From NCBI GenBank assembly GCA_000320545.1, contig ADNK01002596.1, positions 62,001 to 126,000 of the forward strand: a stretch of 64,000 nucleotides of DNA, in the 5' to 3' direction. The DNA is from Bigelowiella natans CCMP2755 (taxonomy: Eukaryota > Protista > Cercozoa). Under the pieces are notes generated by a model. The model was given only the letters and a program-made list of their open reading frames with translations, ran no database searches and was not told where the DNA came from. Below, one piece after another: positions 28,179 through 42,222 of the stretch. Position numbers and translations under genes: made by a program. Within the stretch, counting starts at the first letter, position 1. Each line of letters starts with the position of its first letter.

Positions 28179-29322
28179 CTAAGGTCGACGCCAGGCTGAC
28201 ACAGCTTCTGTTAGCTTCATCAAAGCCAATTCTGCAGGTGCTCCTCGCGCACCAGCTCCTAGCAAAGGTGCTGCAATGCGGACAACATTGTCGTAATCAT
28301 CATGACCATCTTCCAACTTTGCATCGTCTTCGTCGTCGTCTATCATCGACTTATCTTCTCGCAAGTTGGACAAAGGGACAGAAATTGCACAATCCAATGC
28401 CGATTTCCAAGACTTAACCAGCAGGTCTTCCCAGCCCTCCGCATGTTTATGGACAGAATAAAAAGGTGGTACTGTGTGGATACAATAAGAATAGAGATGG
28501 CTGAGCCCCCCTGGTGCCCCTGTTATCACAGCGTCGCCAGTTTCGATCGGAGACACCCCGAGTTCGTGCAATTCCGTTTGCAATGCTAAGCCACCAGCAG
28601 CGTGTACCTGCCCGTCGACTGTTTGTTCTGCATAAATTATACCTGCTCGATGACCGGCCGCAGCAGCTTCACTTGGTGTGAAAAGTGTTCCAACCTACGT
28701 GATACAATGAAAAAGATATGTAAAGCACGTATAATATTCTGTAGGATAGTACAGATGTAAGATGAGGAGGTATAACAATGTAGGGAAGAATTACTAAGGG
28801 AAATGAGTAGATGTACAAAAAGTAAAAATAATATACTGCTGCTGGTTGGGGTCTTTGATCTAGTAGGTGATTGGCAGAGGGAGTGAAACATATTTGAGAA
28901 GTTCGTTTACTACGAAAAGTGTCAGGTGTAATTCCAGGTAAACACTATTATATCTTGGGTTTTGATACTCATATAGCAGATATGGTACTACCAAATTTTC
29001 ATTTGCTGGAACGAAAAGGATATCTATTGTCCGCCTTTGTTTCTTCCTTGCAATGAATTCATCGTCATTATCCTCGTTATGAACATATGTGCTATCTCTG
29101 GCTGAAGATGAGAAGGTGTTTATGGCAACGATATCTGGAGTAAGCCCAACGACAATACACCTTCAAAATGGCAGACATAGGACATAATAGACAGATTAGG
29201 CCGAAATGTGACCGTACTAACATATAATATGGCAGGAAATAGTTTTTCTACCGTACACCAGAAGGATGTAACTTGGGTGTTATCCTCTGAGGAAACATGC
29301 GCGCTACGACCGAGGCAGCCAT
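28179..29322 (-). CDS. Macro-domain protein (ADP-ribose-binding/hydrolase-like), 3 exons; the frame continues past the TAG to 28053
   Basis: MAASVVARMF..GVR|CIVVG..IDILFVPANENL|VGT..VDGQVHAAGGLALQ..IETGDAVITGA..YCIHTVPPFY..LVKSWKSALD..RIAAPLLGAGARG. These are canonical macro motifs. Confidence 0.9.
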
Positions 29323-29739
29323 TACGAGATGTTCGGAATCTACTTCTTCTTCTCCGTTCTTTGATACTGCTACCTGGAAACGTGGTTACCCTCCTCCTCT
29401 TCCTCCTCCTCCTTTATTACATGAAACAGAAATATGAATCTTTGATCATTTAACGGATTTATTCACCATAGCTATTTCATAGATCAGCTGCAGCACTCGG
29501 TCTCACCCTCTCCTCTGCGAGCTTTTCGATGCACAACTCCTAATCACCACATCCAGCTAGTCACCGTCTCCTCCAGGATCCCCTCCTTCTCTTTGTTCTC
29601 CTGGACCTTGTCCTTGTCCTCTCTCCTACTCTTCTTCTTACCCAGTAGTTGATGGATTGATGTGATGCATAGATGATCTAGTTCTTCTACATGTAGATCT
29701 ATATCATTACACGTGTAGGAAGAAAGAAAGAACTAGCAG

Positions 29740-29930
29740 CAGGTACTACCGGGTAGTAGTAGTAGTAGTACCAGTACATGTAGTAGCAAGTGATGAGGAG
29801 TACATGTAGCAGCAGGTAGCAGCAGGTAGTAGCGGGTAGTAAGTAGTAGTAGTAGTAGTAGTACATGTAGTACAGTCACTGTAGTACATGTAGTACATTG
29901 TAGCGATAGATGGTAGATCTGGACTCCAGT
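29740..29930. repeat. Degenerate minisatellite of GTAG/CATG/GTAC units (gtacatgtagta-like)
   Basis: Repeated tagtacatgtagta and gcaggtagtag units in the divergent region between the macro and TMTC genes. Confidence 0.6.
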
Positions 29931-30021
29931 AGATCATCGATCATATTTCATCATCAACGATCACTGCACACAACAAACAACATGCTTGTAGAGCATCTAC
30001 TAGTAGTACTACCAGCAGTAG

Positions 30022-30052
<31 letters not shown>

Positions 30053-30191
30053 CTGCTTGCTCAAGATCATGGAAAAAGAAGAAGGGAGGAGGGCATTTCA
30101 GATAGATTACACGAAGAAACGCGACGCTGTCTATTGAACTATACTCATGGAAAAGAAATCGCTCTGAAAGTGCTTCAATTCTCTGCGTACG

Positions 30192-30452
30192 ATGATGCTT
30201 AAAAGCGAAATCCGGCACTTGGCTGTGATTGGAGTTATAGTGTCTGCGGCAGTGGTACGTACTCAATCGACTTGGACGAAGTTTCGAAATTCTCATTCGT
30301 CTAACCCTACAATCCTCATAACAATGCTTCCTAATACGTCTCACAGGGTTGCTTCCTTTCATGCATAGAAAATGGGTTTAACTTCGACGACATTGTTACT
30401 GTGAGGAAAGCAACATACGTGCAACCGCAAAATATCAACACACAAATTAAAT

Positions 30453-30503
<51 letters not shown>

Positions 30504-31285
30504 GAAAGCAGCGATTTGGCATTGTTGTTAATCAGTTTTTGCGCAGGTTGTGCGGAACGAGGACTTACGACCTACAACACCATGGACAAACATTCTAAAG
30601 AACGTAAGCAATTGCTGCCTGTTGAAATCCTGTGTCTGCAGCCTATCTTTATTATGATTAATTCCTTCTTCTTTTCCCTTTTTCTTCTTCCATCTGTGAT
30701 CATCCTCCTCCTCCTGCGAAGGATTATTGGGGGCATCAAATTGGTTGTTATGATTCTCATAAATCTTATAGACCGATCACTACGGCCAGGTGCATAGACT
30801 AATAATAATCAAGCTACTCAACATGACAAAATGTTCTTGACTGCTGGCGTGGTGATATGCTTTGTCAAATAGTGCTTTATTTTCCCCAACACCACTACTA
30901 CGATTGTTTGACATTAGTCTGAGGATAAATTATCTCATTCACGAGTTAAGTCCGGCAGGGTAATAATATAGTAAATTAAGCAGTAGTACTACTACTGTAA
31001 ACTATTATACAAAATTAGTCATATATGTTTCTACTTCATACGTGATTAGGGAGAGTGTACCTTGTACGTCTGTATCTTGTATATGTACATACGACGCATT
31101 CATCCACGCGGTGGGATCGATGATCATGATTTTAGTTGTGTTGTCTCTTTCTAGATACTTTTTGGTCAACATTGGCCTTCATGCCATCATCTCTTGTTTG
31201 GTAAAGAAAGACGAATCGATAGCAGGATATTTCTCCTCTTACCACTGTTATGTGCTACTACCAAATAAATATAATCTATCTGTAA

Positions 31286-31324
<39 letters not shown>

Positions 31325-32326
31325 CACACACACACACACACACGCACACACAAACACTGCTATTACTACAGCAACAACAACAACAACAACAACTACTACT
31401 ACCACCCCATATTAGATTTACGTGCTAACACTCTCATGGCTTCCAGTAACAACTGAGAATAATTTCGAATCGACGGCCATTGCGGCAGCTGCTGTAAGTA
31501 GCTAGAATGAACATTCTTTGTGGATGTACACCTACATCCTGTTGAATGTACATTAATAATGCAGCATGACCAGACAGCTGACTCTGTGTGCATCATGTGC
31601 ATGTCCTCTGTGAATGTCAATGTGATTGTTCAAGGCTTTGGTTTTCGCTTGCCATCCAATCCATGTGGATGCAATAGCTAATGCTACAGGTAGAAGTGTT
31701 GTGGTGGTGGTGATGATGATGATGATGATCATTATTATTATTGAAATGATGCCGATGAAAAGTTTTTGTTTGTGTGACTACTCCAATTACTAGTGTCACT
31801 AGCAGTATCATCAACACTGTTGATGTTTATTATTGTAACATATTATTACATTGTATTGTAGGAAGAGCTGAAGTATTAGGAGCAGTCTTCTATATGCTTG
31901 GATGCCTCGCCATACCCCGCCCTCCTTCATCTTCTTCTCCTCCTCCTCCTCCTCCTCATTTCAAGTTTTCCCGAAATCATCACAATAGCAGTGCTTCTAT
32001 GCAGTCTACCAAGGCCACAGAGGAAGAAAACGATAAAAAAGAAGAGGAGGAGATATCGAAGGAACGGACTTCTCCATTAGCGGTGATATTGTTACTACTA
32101 CATTTGAAAAAGTAGCTAGATCGCCACTCTACCACTCACTACATTTGTTAACGGTGCTCTACCTTACTTCTACATAACATGTTTTAGATGTCTTCGTCTT
32201 CTTCTTCATTATCATCATCGTTATCTTTCATCATCCGAAAATTAATGGCCTACGCGATGTTTACCATTGCTTTATTCTGCAAAGTACTCAGTGTCGGTCG
32301 AGTTGTTGTTGTAGTAGTAGTCGTAA

Positions 32327-32361
<35 letters not shown>

Positions 32362-33996
32362 TCATTGTAAGATTACGGGGTAGGATAGATAGTAGCAAAT
32401 GATCGGTGTAGCAGTAGTAGTAGTAGTAGTCTCAGATTCAAATGATCATTGTATTAGCATTACTATTACTATTACTATTATTATTTATAATCATTAATTA
32501 ATGTGTTACAAACAACGAACACTGAACAGGAGACTGCGTTTACGGGAATAGTTCTGATAATCTGGAGACCCTTTGGTCAATCTTCTTGTTGATTATCACT
32601 ACCACTGCTATTTGTTTCAGTGGCGATGTATGTTATATTGTAAAGTGATCAGTGTGATGATCATGCATCATCATCATCATCATCATCATCATTCAAATAG
32701 TTGTTGTCTGTCTATCTGCTGTATACTGCAGTTGCCACCATTCTACTACGAACAACAACAACAAGAAGAAGAGAGGATGGAGAAGGAGGAGGAGAAGAAA
32801 CAAAGGCAAAGACAACGAAGTCACTAATACTGAAGAGGAAAGATGAATACAAGGCGGCCAACAAAGAAGAAGAAGAAGAAAAAGAAGAAGACCGAAATCA
32901 TAATGGCGACGATGATCAACATCATAATATTATTAATGATAATAATAATAATAATGAGGAGGAGGAAGAGGAGCTACTCACGATAAATAAAAGTTGTTAT
33001 TATCAACAACATAGTAGTAGTAGCAACTTCTCAATTCTGTCATCAAGAATCACGGAATATTCCAGATTTGCCAGAGGGATATTGGAGTGTATGTTGTCTT
33101 CTCATTTTTATTCTTTTGTGTTACTGCTATACATCATGGTACACGCATAAACACACACATACACACAATAATGACGATAATGATGATGATGAAAAAGAAG
33201 AAATCCAAATTTTGTATATGGAAGCAGCGAGGTGTTTTATCCATCGTGTGATGATGATGACGACGATAACATATTATCTTAGCACAAATTATGATGATAA
33301 CAATAACAATAATAGCTATAACAGCATAAATTGAGAATGACGACTAAGTAGTGATGATTGATGATTAGTACTACTACTACTACTACTACTGGCTTATATA
33401 CTGGTATTACAACAGGCAGCTCATTCTGTGGACTCATACTATGGCTAAGATGGTCAAACCCTATTTTTAGTAGTAGTATATACTTCTTTCAAATAATGAT
33501 GATTATGATGTGTAGGCGGATAACCTTGTCAAACAAACCCCACATTCACCCGGTAGTAGGTCAAATGGTGAAATATTAAGAGAGCTCTTCCTCTAGATTT
33601 GATTAGATGGAAGATAATAAAGAAGAAGATGATAAAGGAGATAAAAAATGGTGAGGATATGATGGCAGCTAATTGAATACGTAGATCAAATGTTGTCACT
33701 ATGATCGTCATTAGCAGCAGCAGCAACAACAACAACAACAACATTAAGAACAACAGGCAAACCTTTATTGTTAATAATTTTATTGTCACATCAGGATTAC
33801 AACTATATCACCCATCATCCAAATAAGTTGACTCGAGTTCTTACTAAGATGTACGTTCATGCTGTCAATTTGGGTCTTCTCTTTGCCCCCACTACCTTAT
33901 CCCCAGACTGGTGAATCAACGTTATGTAGCATATGTATACATGTGTGTGTGTGTGTAGTTGTTATTCTGATAGAGCTACAGTTAGGAACAGCAGAT

Positions 33997-34027
<31 letters not shown>

Positions 34028-34674
34028 CATTATTATGGAAGAATGGTGGGTGTGTGGCGACAATATCTTACCGATTATTTGCGAATAATACGCAGATAGT
34101 ATCAAAGATAATATACACAGATTATAATTAACATATGCTGTTGACAAGCCAATGATGATATTTTGATGTATACCAGTATCATCATATGTTTATCACATCT
34201 CAGGTCTTATCAGAGTATAGACCTCGTTGAATCTTGGTGGGATGCTCGAAATCTTTATACAGCTCTAGGCTATTTGATGGTAGTAGTAGTAGTAGTAGTA
34301 GTAGTAGTTAGTACTCTCCTCGTTGTTTTGCTTGTTGCTCTGTGACGTCTCGAAGAAAGAAGAGATCAATGAAATGAATAAGATCAAGGAGGAGGAGAAA
34401 CAAAATATGGATATTATATATGTATATATTGTATAATAATAGATAGTTATAGGAATGTCAGGTGATGGTACTACCAGTTCATCAACCAGTAGATTGCTGC
34501 AGCAAATTTTGTTGTATTGCTACTGATTTTACTCTTCCCCCCTTTATTTTTTACAATTATTATTATTATTATTATTATTATACGTGTAAATCAGATCTAT
34601 TCCTTCATTCTTCTTCTTCTTCTTCTTCTTCTTCTTCTTCTTTATCTTCTTTTTCTACTACTCCCTTCCCCACC

Positions 34675-34751
<77 letters not shown>

Positions 34752-35370
34752 TCATGCAGGTTCTTGCTATTCCAGTAATTACCTGTTTCTTCTTCATTGG
34801 GGTTGTGAAACAGCAGCAGCAACAACAACAACAACAACGGTGAGAGGATGATGATAAATAAAGTCCTGTTACAAAATGATACATCTTATATGTAATAGAG
34901 TCTCAATAATACACTCATCATTATTTACAACACGAAACCACCATCCACCTCCTCCTCTCCCTCCTCCTTCTCCTACCACTACTACTACTACTACTACTAC
35001 TGCTGCTGCTGATATATTAGGAATGATGATACCAAAGAGGAGATAGTATTTGTATTAACATGCTGGGCAATGGGATTAGCATCGTTCTTGCCATCTTCGC
35101 ATATTATGTTTACTGTTGGATTTGAAGTTGCGGAACGTGTTCTCTACGTGCCATCGATCGCATTCTGCATGCTAGCAGCTTTTATTTCCTTCAAAGTGAG
35201 TTAGAGAGCATCATCATCATCATCATCATATTTTTTGCCATTGTACCTTGTTGTACTCTACTACTACTACTACTACTACTACTACTAACTTTGGGGTAGG
35301 ATCTAGATAGATGATGATGAGGATGCTGATATGAGATAAACTTGTAATAAAGAACCATTTTTGGTGTGTT

Positions 35371-35404
<34 letters not shown>

Positions 35405-35710
35405 CTAGTTGTTGTTTGCTATTCCAGGGGAGGATGAATCTAGTGATGGTCATCATTTTGACATGGTGTTGTTGTTGTTATTGTTAATGTTACCAGGGAA
35501 TTAAAGTGGTAGTCTTGAGACAAATATTATATCGTCGTTATTACATCAACGCAACGACTGCCACTGCTGCCAGACAAAAATCTTCAACGCCGTCATCATC
35601 ATCGTCATCATCATCGTCATCACCATCATCATCGTCATCGTCTCTCATGGTTGTTGTCTTCTCCTTGTTCATCCTTATATCAATCGTGGCATCTACAATC
35701 TTAGGGGTAA

Positions 35711-35742
<32 letters not shown>

Positions 35743-35774
35743 ATAGTAAGAATAAAAAAATAATAATAGTATCA

Positions 35775-35809
<35 letters not shown>

Positions 35810-36073
35810 ATATATGATATCAGAGCTTAACACGAATTCGTGTGCGAGAATGGAAGTAAGTCTAGTGAGTCAGCAGCCTCTCTCCCGCCGATCGATCTCT
35901 CCCTTTTTTTACACTTTCTTCTTCTTCTTCTTCTCCTTCTTCTTCTTCTTCTTCTTCTTCTTCTAATTTATCATCATCATCATCATCATCATTTCAATTA
36001 TTATCGTCATCTCTATTTCCTTCTTATCCTGCTACTCCTCTATTTGCTTTTCTCATCGTTTCTCACACATGCA

Positions 36074-36119
<46 letters not shown>

Positions 36120-36190
36120 TAGACGTTGACGTACTACTTATTTACAGGAATGAATTCACTTTGTATGGGAATGCAACAAGGTAGTTGTAC

Positions 36191-36222
<32 letters not shown>

Positions 36223-36230
36223 AGGTAGTT

Positions 36231-36264
<34 letters not shown>

Positions 36265-36738
36265 GAGTAGGAGTGCTCGGTTGTTGCCTGCATTGTTGCT
36301 AAGTCCCTTTCCTCTTCCCCCCCCCCCCCCCCCTCCTTTTCTTTCTCCTCCCCCTCCTACTGTGGTGATGGAAGAAGAGAGGAAAATCGTGTTTCTAATC
36401 CAATCCTCTTCCGTACTAAGTACTTAAGTTTGAGTGTAAAGTAGAATTAAAATCATTATGGCCAACGCAGGAGTCTTCCGAACAACGCCAAGTTACACTT
36501 CAATTATGGAAATGAACTTGCAAAGAAGGGACGATACAAGGTGGTGGTTGTGTGTTCCAAGACAGTGTGATGAATCAATAAATACTAACTAGATAGTGAC
36601 TCTCTTCCTTCTCCGCCTCCTTCTTCTTCTTCTTCTTCTTCTTCTTCTTCTTCTTCTTTTTCTTCTCTTCTTCTTCTTGTGTTACTGCAAATCTCTCCTC
36701 CTTTCATTAAGCACACTCCTATCACCCACCGTGCACAT

Positions 36739-36771
<33 letters not shown>

Positions 36772-37626
36772 CGTGGAAAGCTGGTTGCAGTGTGATGATG
36801 ATTATATATACATGTTGGTGCAATACAATGACTACTATTACTGTTACTGTTACTATAACTACTACTACTATACATATATGTTGGTGCAATATAACGACTA
36901 CTACTATTACTATTACTATTACTATTACTACTAGGATGCACTTTCTGAGCTAGAAAAGGCAAGGTCCATTCGTCCTGCTCACTACTTGTACAATCTAGGA
37001 ATAATGTATGCAAAGGTAGTAAGTAGTAGAGCTGCTATTAAGATCAGGCAGCAGCACCATGACAAACAACAACAAATATGCACATTTAACAATGATGCTT
37101 CCTTCGATTAATACATCTTCATCTAATACTAATTATTTCATCAACAACTTACTATTCTGCATATTCTCGCCCAATCGAAGCAGTTGTACATTGAATAATT
37201 GCTCAAAATATCATTTTATAGCTAAATGATTATGACATGGCACGGCGTGTGCTTCATGAGTGCTCTAATTACGTAAAAGGTAGTAACCATAAACACATAA
37301 GACTGTTTGCGGGGTGCTAATTCTAAGATGGAGGAATATCGTATAGATCATGACTTTCTGCTGCCATTTGTCTGATTGATTAGTCGATGGCCCGTCCTCC
37401 CACTCCTCCTCCTCATCATTATCATCATCATCATCATCATTATCATCATTAACTCTGGATGCTGTCATTAAGAGAGCTTTGCGAACAAATCACGAAAGCG
37501 AAGTGGAAAGAGAGGCCAATAAATGCGGTTATATTATAGTTATTCACACTTTGTGGTTGTAGTTGTGGTCTGCTGCTGCTGTATGTAGGGGTTTGCAGTG
37601 TTATCTCATACATCATTCATTATTTG

Positions 37627-37675
<49 letters not shown>

Positions 37676-37797
37676 GCGGGGGAGGGGGGAAGAGATCATC
37701 ATGTGTTCTGATGCCTTCTCTCCTGATAGTGATTTTATCGTTTAATCAGCATTGGCTCTGGCTATTGACACATTGGCAGCAGCTGCTGCTACTTCCG

Positions 37798-37834
<37 letters not shown>

Positions 37835-37901
37835 TGTTTCAGCAGCAGCTGCTGCTCGTGTTTTCTATGAGAAGGCAGTGGTACTCTGCATACTGTAACC
37901 T

Positions 37902-37941
<40 letters not shown>

Positions 37942-38631
37942 GTTAGCTGTATTGGAGCAATTATTTGGGATATATTGAGCGTTTTTGAGGCAGAAGAAGA
38001 GAAAGAGAGAAGTGCCAACAGCAGCAGCAGCAGCAATAGTAGCAGCAGTTCTGATCTTACTGATTCTTATATTCATTCACTTCACATTTTGCGATGCTTA
38101 GACACATACGTTGTTGCTTATTATTCTTGTTAATATTCTGGATATATTGATGATGATGATTATATTCATTCATTTATTCGTAGGCTGCAGAGGAGCAAAG
38201 AGCATTTCGTCAGCTTATTAGAGCAATTAAAATGGATCCCAAACTTCAGGATGTGCTCTACACTATTACTACGTTCAGTTCCCACAATATGACACATGCG
38301 GCTTCGTCGTTACCTCTCCCTTCTTCTATTATGGGCATGAAAAACCAGCATGTAGTCAAACAATTAAAACAGAAGGAGGAGGACAAGGTAGGCACGATCT
38401 TCACTTCCAAATCCTTCCTCATAGTTATAATACAGCGTTATGGTAGCAGCTCCTCTTTGCTGCTGGCAGCTATACGACTGATGGTAAGAATAATAATCAG
38501 GGTGTTGGGGATAAAATAAAAGAGCTTCTACAATCTAAATTGTACAATCGTATTGTAAGGTAAGAAATTGATGATAGTGAATGAAGAAGATATAGGCTGA
38601 ATTATCACCAATCTATCAAATATCAATTGCC

Positions 38632-38670
<39 letters not shown>

Positions 38671-39102
38671 CAGATGGGCTCACGGTGAAGGGAGACACGA
38701 AAGAAACTCTCAAAAAGCAAAGGTGATAATTAGAACAAGTATCACTTACAAAGCAAACTGATAGCATCTGAAGAATAAGAAGATGGTGGTGGTGATGGTG
38801 GGGAAAGAAATAAGAATAGGAGATTGAGGAAGATGCTGCAGCAGCAAGTAGGCGAAGCAATATATAGCCGATCATAGAACAGCATTGCAATATCATAGAA
38901 CAGCAATACAATATTCACGCAGGAACTGACCGAAAAAGCATCCAAAAAGTTACTACGCTTTCAGGATGGTGGTGGTTCATCACCTCATACTACAAAGCAA
39001 GGAGCATCTACTTCATCATCTCTTGCAAAACAAAAAGCATTTGTAAAAGCATTCAAGTTGTGCCGACGGGCTCTTACAGAAGATCCCGTTTATGAAGATG
39101 TA

Positions 39103-39137
<35 letters not shown>

Positions 39138-39550
39138 ATTTCAAGAAATTGACTTGCCTAACATGTAGTAGCGCTATACGATGTATATGATTTACATTTG
39201 TTACAATTCATCATATGATCAATCGTGCAATTCGTTGTTAATAAGGCTTGGGTACTCGGTGCTGAAATCTTGAAGAAAGAAGGAAATATTCAAAATGCAA
39301 TTTCTTGGCTCCGTATAGGGTACACGAACAGTAGTAGTACAATAAATACAGCCAGAGGAGGGCATGATTTTGTTTGTTATTACTATCACCAAATCGTTTT
39401 GTCACGTCATGCTGATGTGTTTATATTGCTGCATTTCCAGTCTTGGTATGAGCCCTGGGAGCGCAGCCCTAATCGTAAACTCGACATAATTTATATTAAA
39501 GATATACAAATGTCGTAGTTCCTGCATTGTTTTTCATTTCCTATCATTAT

Positions 39551-39582
<32 letters not shown>

Positions 39583-39646
39583 TCACCATCACCATGTGAG
39601 TGTACTCTTCCTCTTCTTGTCTCACCATCATAAAAATTGGATGGTA

Positions 39647-39684
<38 letters not shown>

Positions 39685-40510
39685 ATTACATTTGATATCT
39701 AGGTGGCTTTAGCACGTGGGTATGCTGAAAATGGTGAAGAAAATAGAGCAATCAAGTAGTACTAGTAGCAGTAGTAGTAGTAGTAGTAGACATGGGGAGA
39801 AGGAACTCAATCAGCAGTTGTTGATATAGTAGTAGTAGTAGTAGTAGTAGTAGTAGGATGGCAGTTCATACAATTGTTTAAATTGAATCATACATAGCTA
39901 GTCGTTCTATCATCCTTTGTTTATCATTTTACTATATCTATCTATAAATGTTGTTTATTCATCGTTTTTACGATAGATATTATTTTTCATTCTTCGTCTT
40001 TACCAGGTCAATGTTCAGATTCCTTCTTTTTTCTTTGACCCACGGTGACTTCAAGGCACCACATCCTATTTTCTTCCAACTGAGAGGTAGGTAGTAGTAC
40101 CACTTACTGTATTATTGGAGGAGAGGGGCGACTAATCACTGTGATTCAACTATGAAACCAGCAAGCTCTTACAACAGACATTATTCAGTAGTTTTGTCGC
40201 TCAGATACTTATTGATGGATGACCATTTTGGTGTCCTTCTCCTCCCTCCTCCTCCTCGTCCCTTGGCCGCATAATTGATTGTTTAGGATATGTATTTCAT
40301 GCCGCAGTAGAGCTACATCAAATGCTGTCGGTGCATGACCATTGTGCAGCAAACAAAGTATTGGGATTTGCTTCTATCTGCAAATTGAGGACGTCTCTCT
40401 ATACGTGTATGAAGATAAAGCCTACTGCTGCTGCTGCTGCTGCAGAGGAAAATTCAAGTTGTGTTGCAGGCATTCTCCCAGAAATCTTATCATTGATAGG
40501 AGGAAAATAA
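30192..40510 (+). CDS. TMTC: TMTC-family transmembrane protein O-mannosyltransferase with C-terminal TPR repeats; many exons; 3' end approximate
   Basis: FNFDDIVT|VVRNEDLRPTTPWTNILKN|DYWG..SHKSYRPITT, FLVNIGLHA, LVFACHPIHVDAIANAT|GRAEVLG, LFCK|E, LTRVLT..LLFAPTTLSPDW|SYQSIDLVESWWDARN (DUF1736), FLPSSHIMFTVGFEVAERVLYVPS and PNNAKLHFNYGN (TPR). Confidence 0.93.
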
Positions 40511-40759
40511 GATAGGGAGTAGCTTTTCATGCTGCTTGTACATTCATGAAATACTCGTACTACACAGTCTCGGAAGTAATAGAGTACTAATTACTTACTG
40601 TCGTGCATACAGAAGAGATTTTATTGTTACAATAATTGGAGAACCGATGATTGGTACGATGAAGATGGTTGATGTATTCATCAAATACATGAGCGACTGT
40701 ACAAGCGACTTCAAATTGGTGCCTATCAGTTTTCTCACCTCGTTCGCATGCTATAGTAT

Positions 40760-41420
40760 GTGACAAACATGTGCGTGTATGACTAATGGTTTGTATTACG
40801 TACATATGTGATCATACGCACAGTACAGTAGAAAGGTATGAGATGGCTGCACGTGTAATGTGCATACACACACACACACACACACATGCACATGAACATG
40901 CACACCCACACACAGACTTGTGCCTAAATCGAAGCTAGTATTTGTAGTGCACATGTGCAGCCTGAACACACACGCACACACGTACATCGTTGTAGCCTCT
41001 GCTAGCTGCTCTGCTACATTAGAATGACTGTTGACAGAACATAGTCATTATTTCATTACATCCGTGTCAGCATGCACACATTAGGGTTACTATTTACGCA
41101 CGACATGTGCATGTCGCTTCGGCGGATTTGTGCGCAGTGAGCATGAGTGTTTAGCATCCATAAACAGCAGAGTAAGCCAATAGCTAGCTAGTAACATTGT
41201 ACGTACATAAGCGAGCACGCAAAGCCGCACATTCTCTCCCTCCCCCTCTTTCTAGCTCTCTCTCGCTAGCTCGCCCCCTTCCCTATATCACCCCTCTCTG
41301 TTAATGTGTGAGGTGATTTAGCTATGTGCCGATGACAACAGAAACGAACAAACATAATTTAAGCACTGTGGCCGCTGCTTTGCATAGCTACATTAGCTAG
41401 ATTAGGACGACCATTGAACC
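40760..41420. other. Intergenic island E (partial TpA depletion) between convergent TMTC and HAD genes
   Basis: Runs such as catgcacatgaacatgcac and gcacgacatgtgcatg, plus a TAGCTAGCTAG run at ~41181. Confidence 0.55.
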
Positions 41421-42222
41421 AACTTAATTCATTCATCACATCCGTCTAATATGTATATGAGACATGGCATTCGTAATGTTGCAGCGATAGAGTGACTAAC
41501 AAATGACAATGCATCGTCAGGTAACCAATGGAAGTATAGGCTGATTGATACTGCACACAAGTATCACTTGGCGTTTACTTGTTAGCATAGAATTACTACA
41601 CGTTGACAGATCGAAGCAAAACTTAAAATTTTTCTCATCGTAGAGATGCTGGACAATCTCTCAGAATAAGTAGTATAACAGGCTAAAACATGTAGGGGAA
41701 AAGAGAAGCTGGCCACCAAACAAACCTCTTCCATACGGTATGACCGTGATGATTGTGCAATCATCTTGTTACAATATGTGAACGGATGTTTTATCTGCTA
41801 GAAAGTTACTATTATCGATCACACAGGATCCTTTTAATGATGCGTCATCACGACAATGCATCGAAACGTTCCACCGATAATTGCAAAGCTAAAAAATGAG
41901 AATAAAATTGTGGCAATAAATATAGTTTGCTTGTCTAAAATTATATCATTGCTTAGCCGCTGAAGAATTTGAATACATAACGAATTCAACCTCCTCTACA
42001 TTCCCAACAGATATTATTATTCTTTTAAAGCTGAATCTCTATCATAATCCTGCAATAACGACCCCTCCAGTTTAAGAAATATGTAATTATTCACGTATTT
42101 TGCTGCTGCGGTACCTGACTATTCTAATCCTCGTGCATTGCCTGCGATTCAACTGTCTACATAAACTGTAATATAATCCTATTCTACGTGATCAGGCTAA
42201 CATGACCTCACGATTTATTATC

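Noticed and set aside
28179-28181. Genome-wide TAG reassignment (alternative genetic code)
   Set aside because: The long confident coding stretches (409-aa ORF, HAD, kinase, CCR4 and SRP19 exons) have no in-frame TAG, and the kinase ends naturally on TAG. A second candidate at 56544 may be 5' UTR.
36785-36930. Duplicated atgttggtgcaata..gactacta unit in a TMTC intron
   Set aside because: A simple local slippage duplication among microsatellites, with no sign of function.
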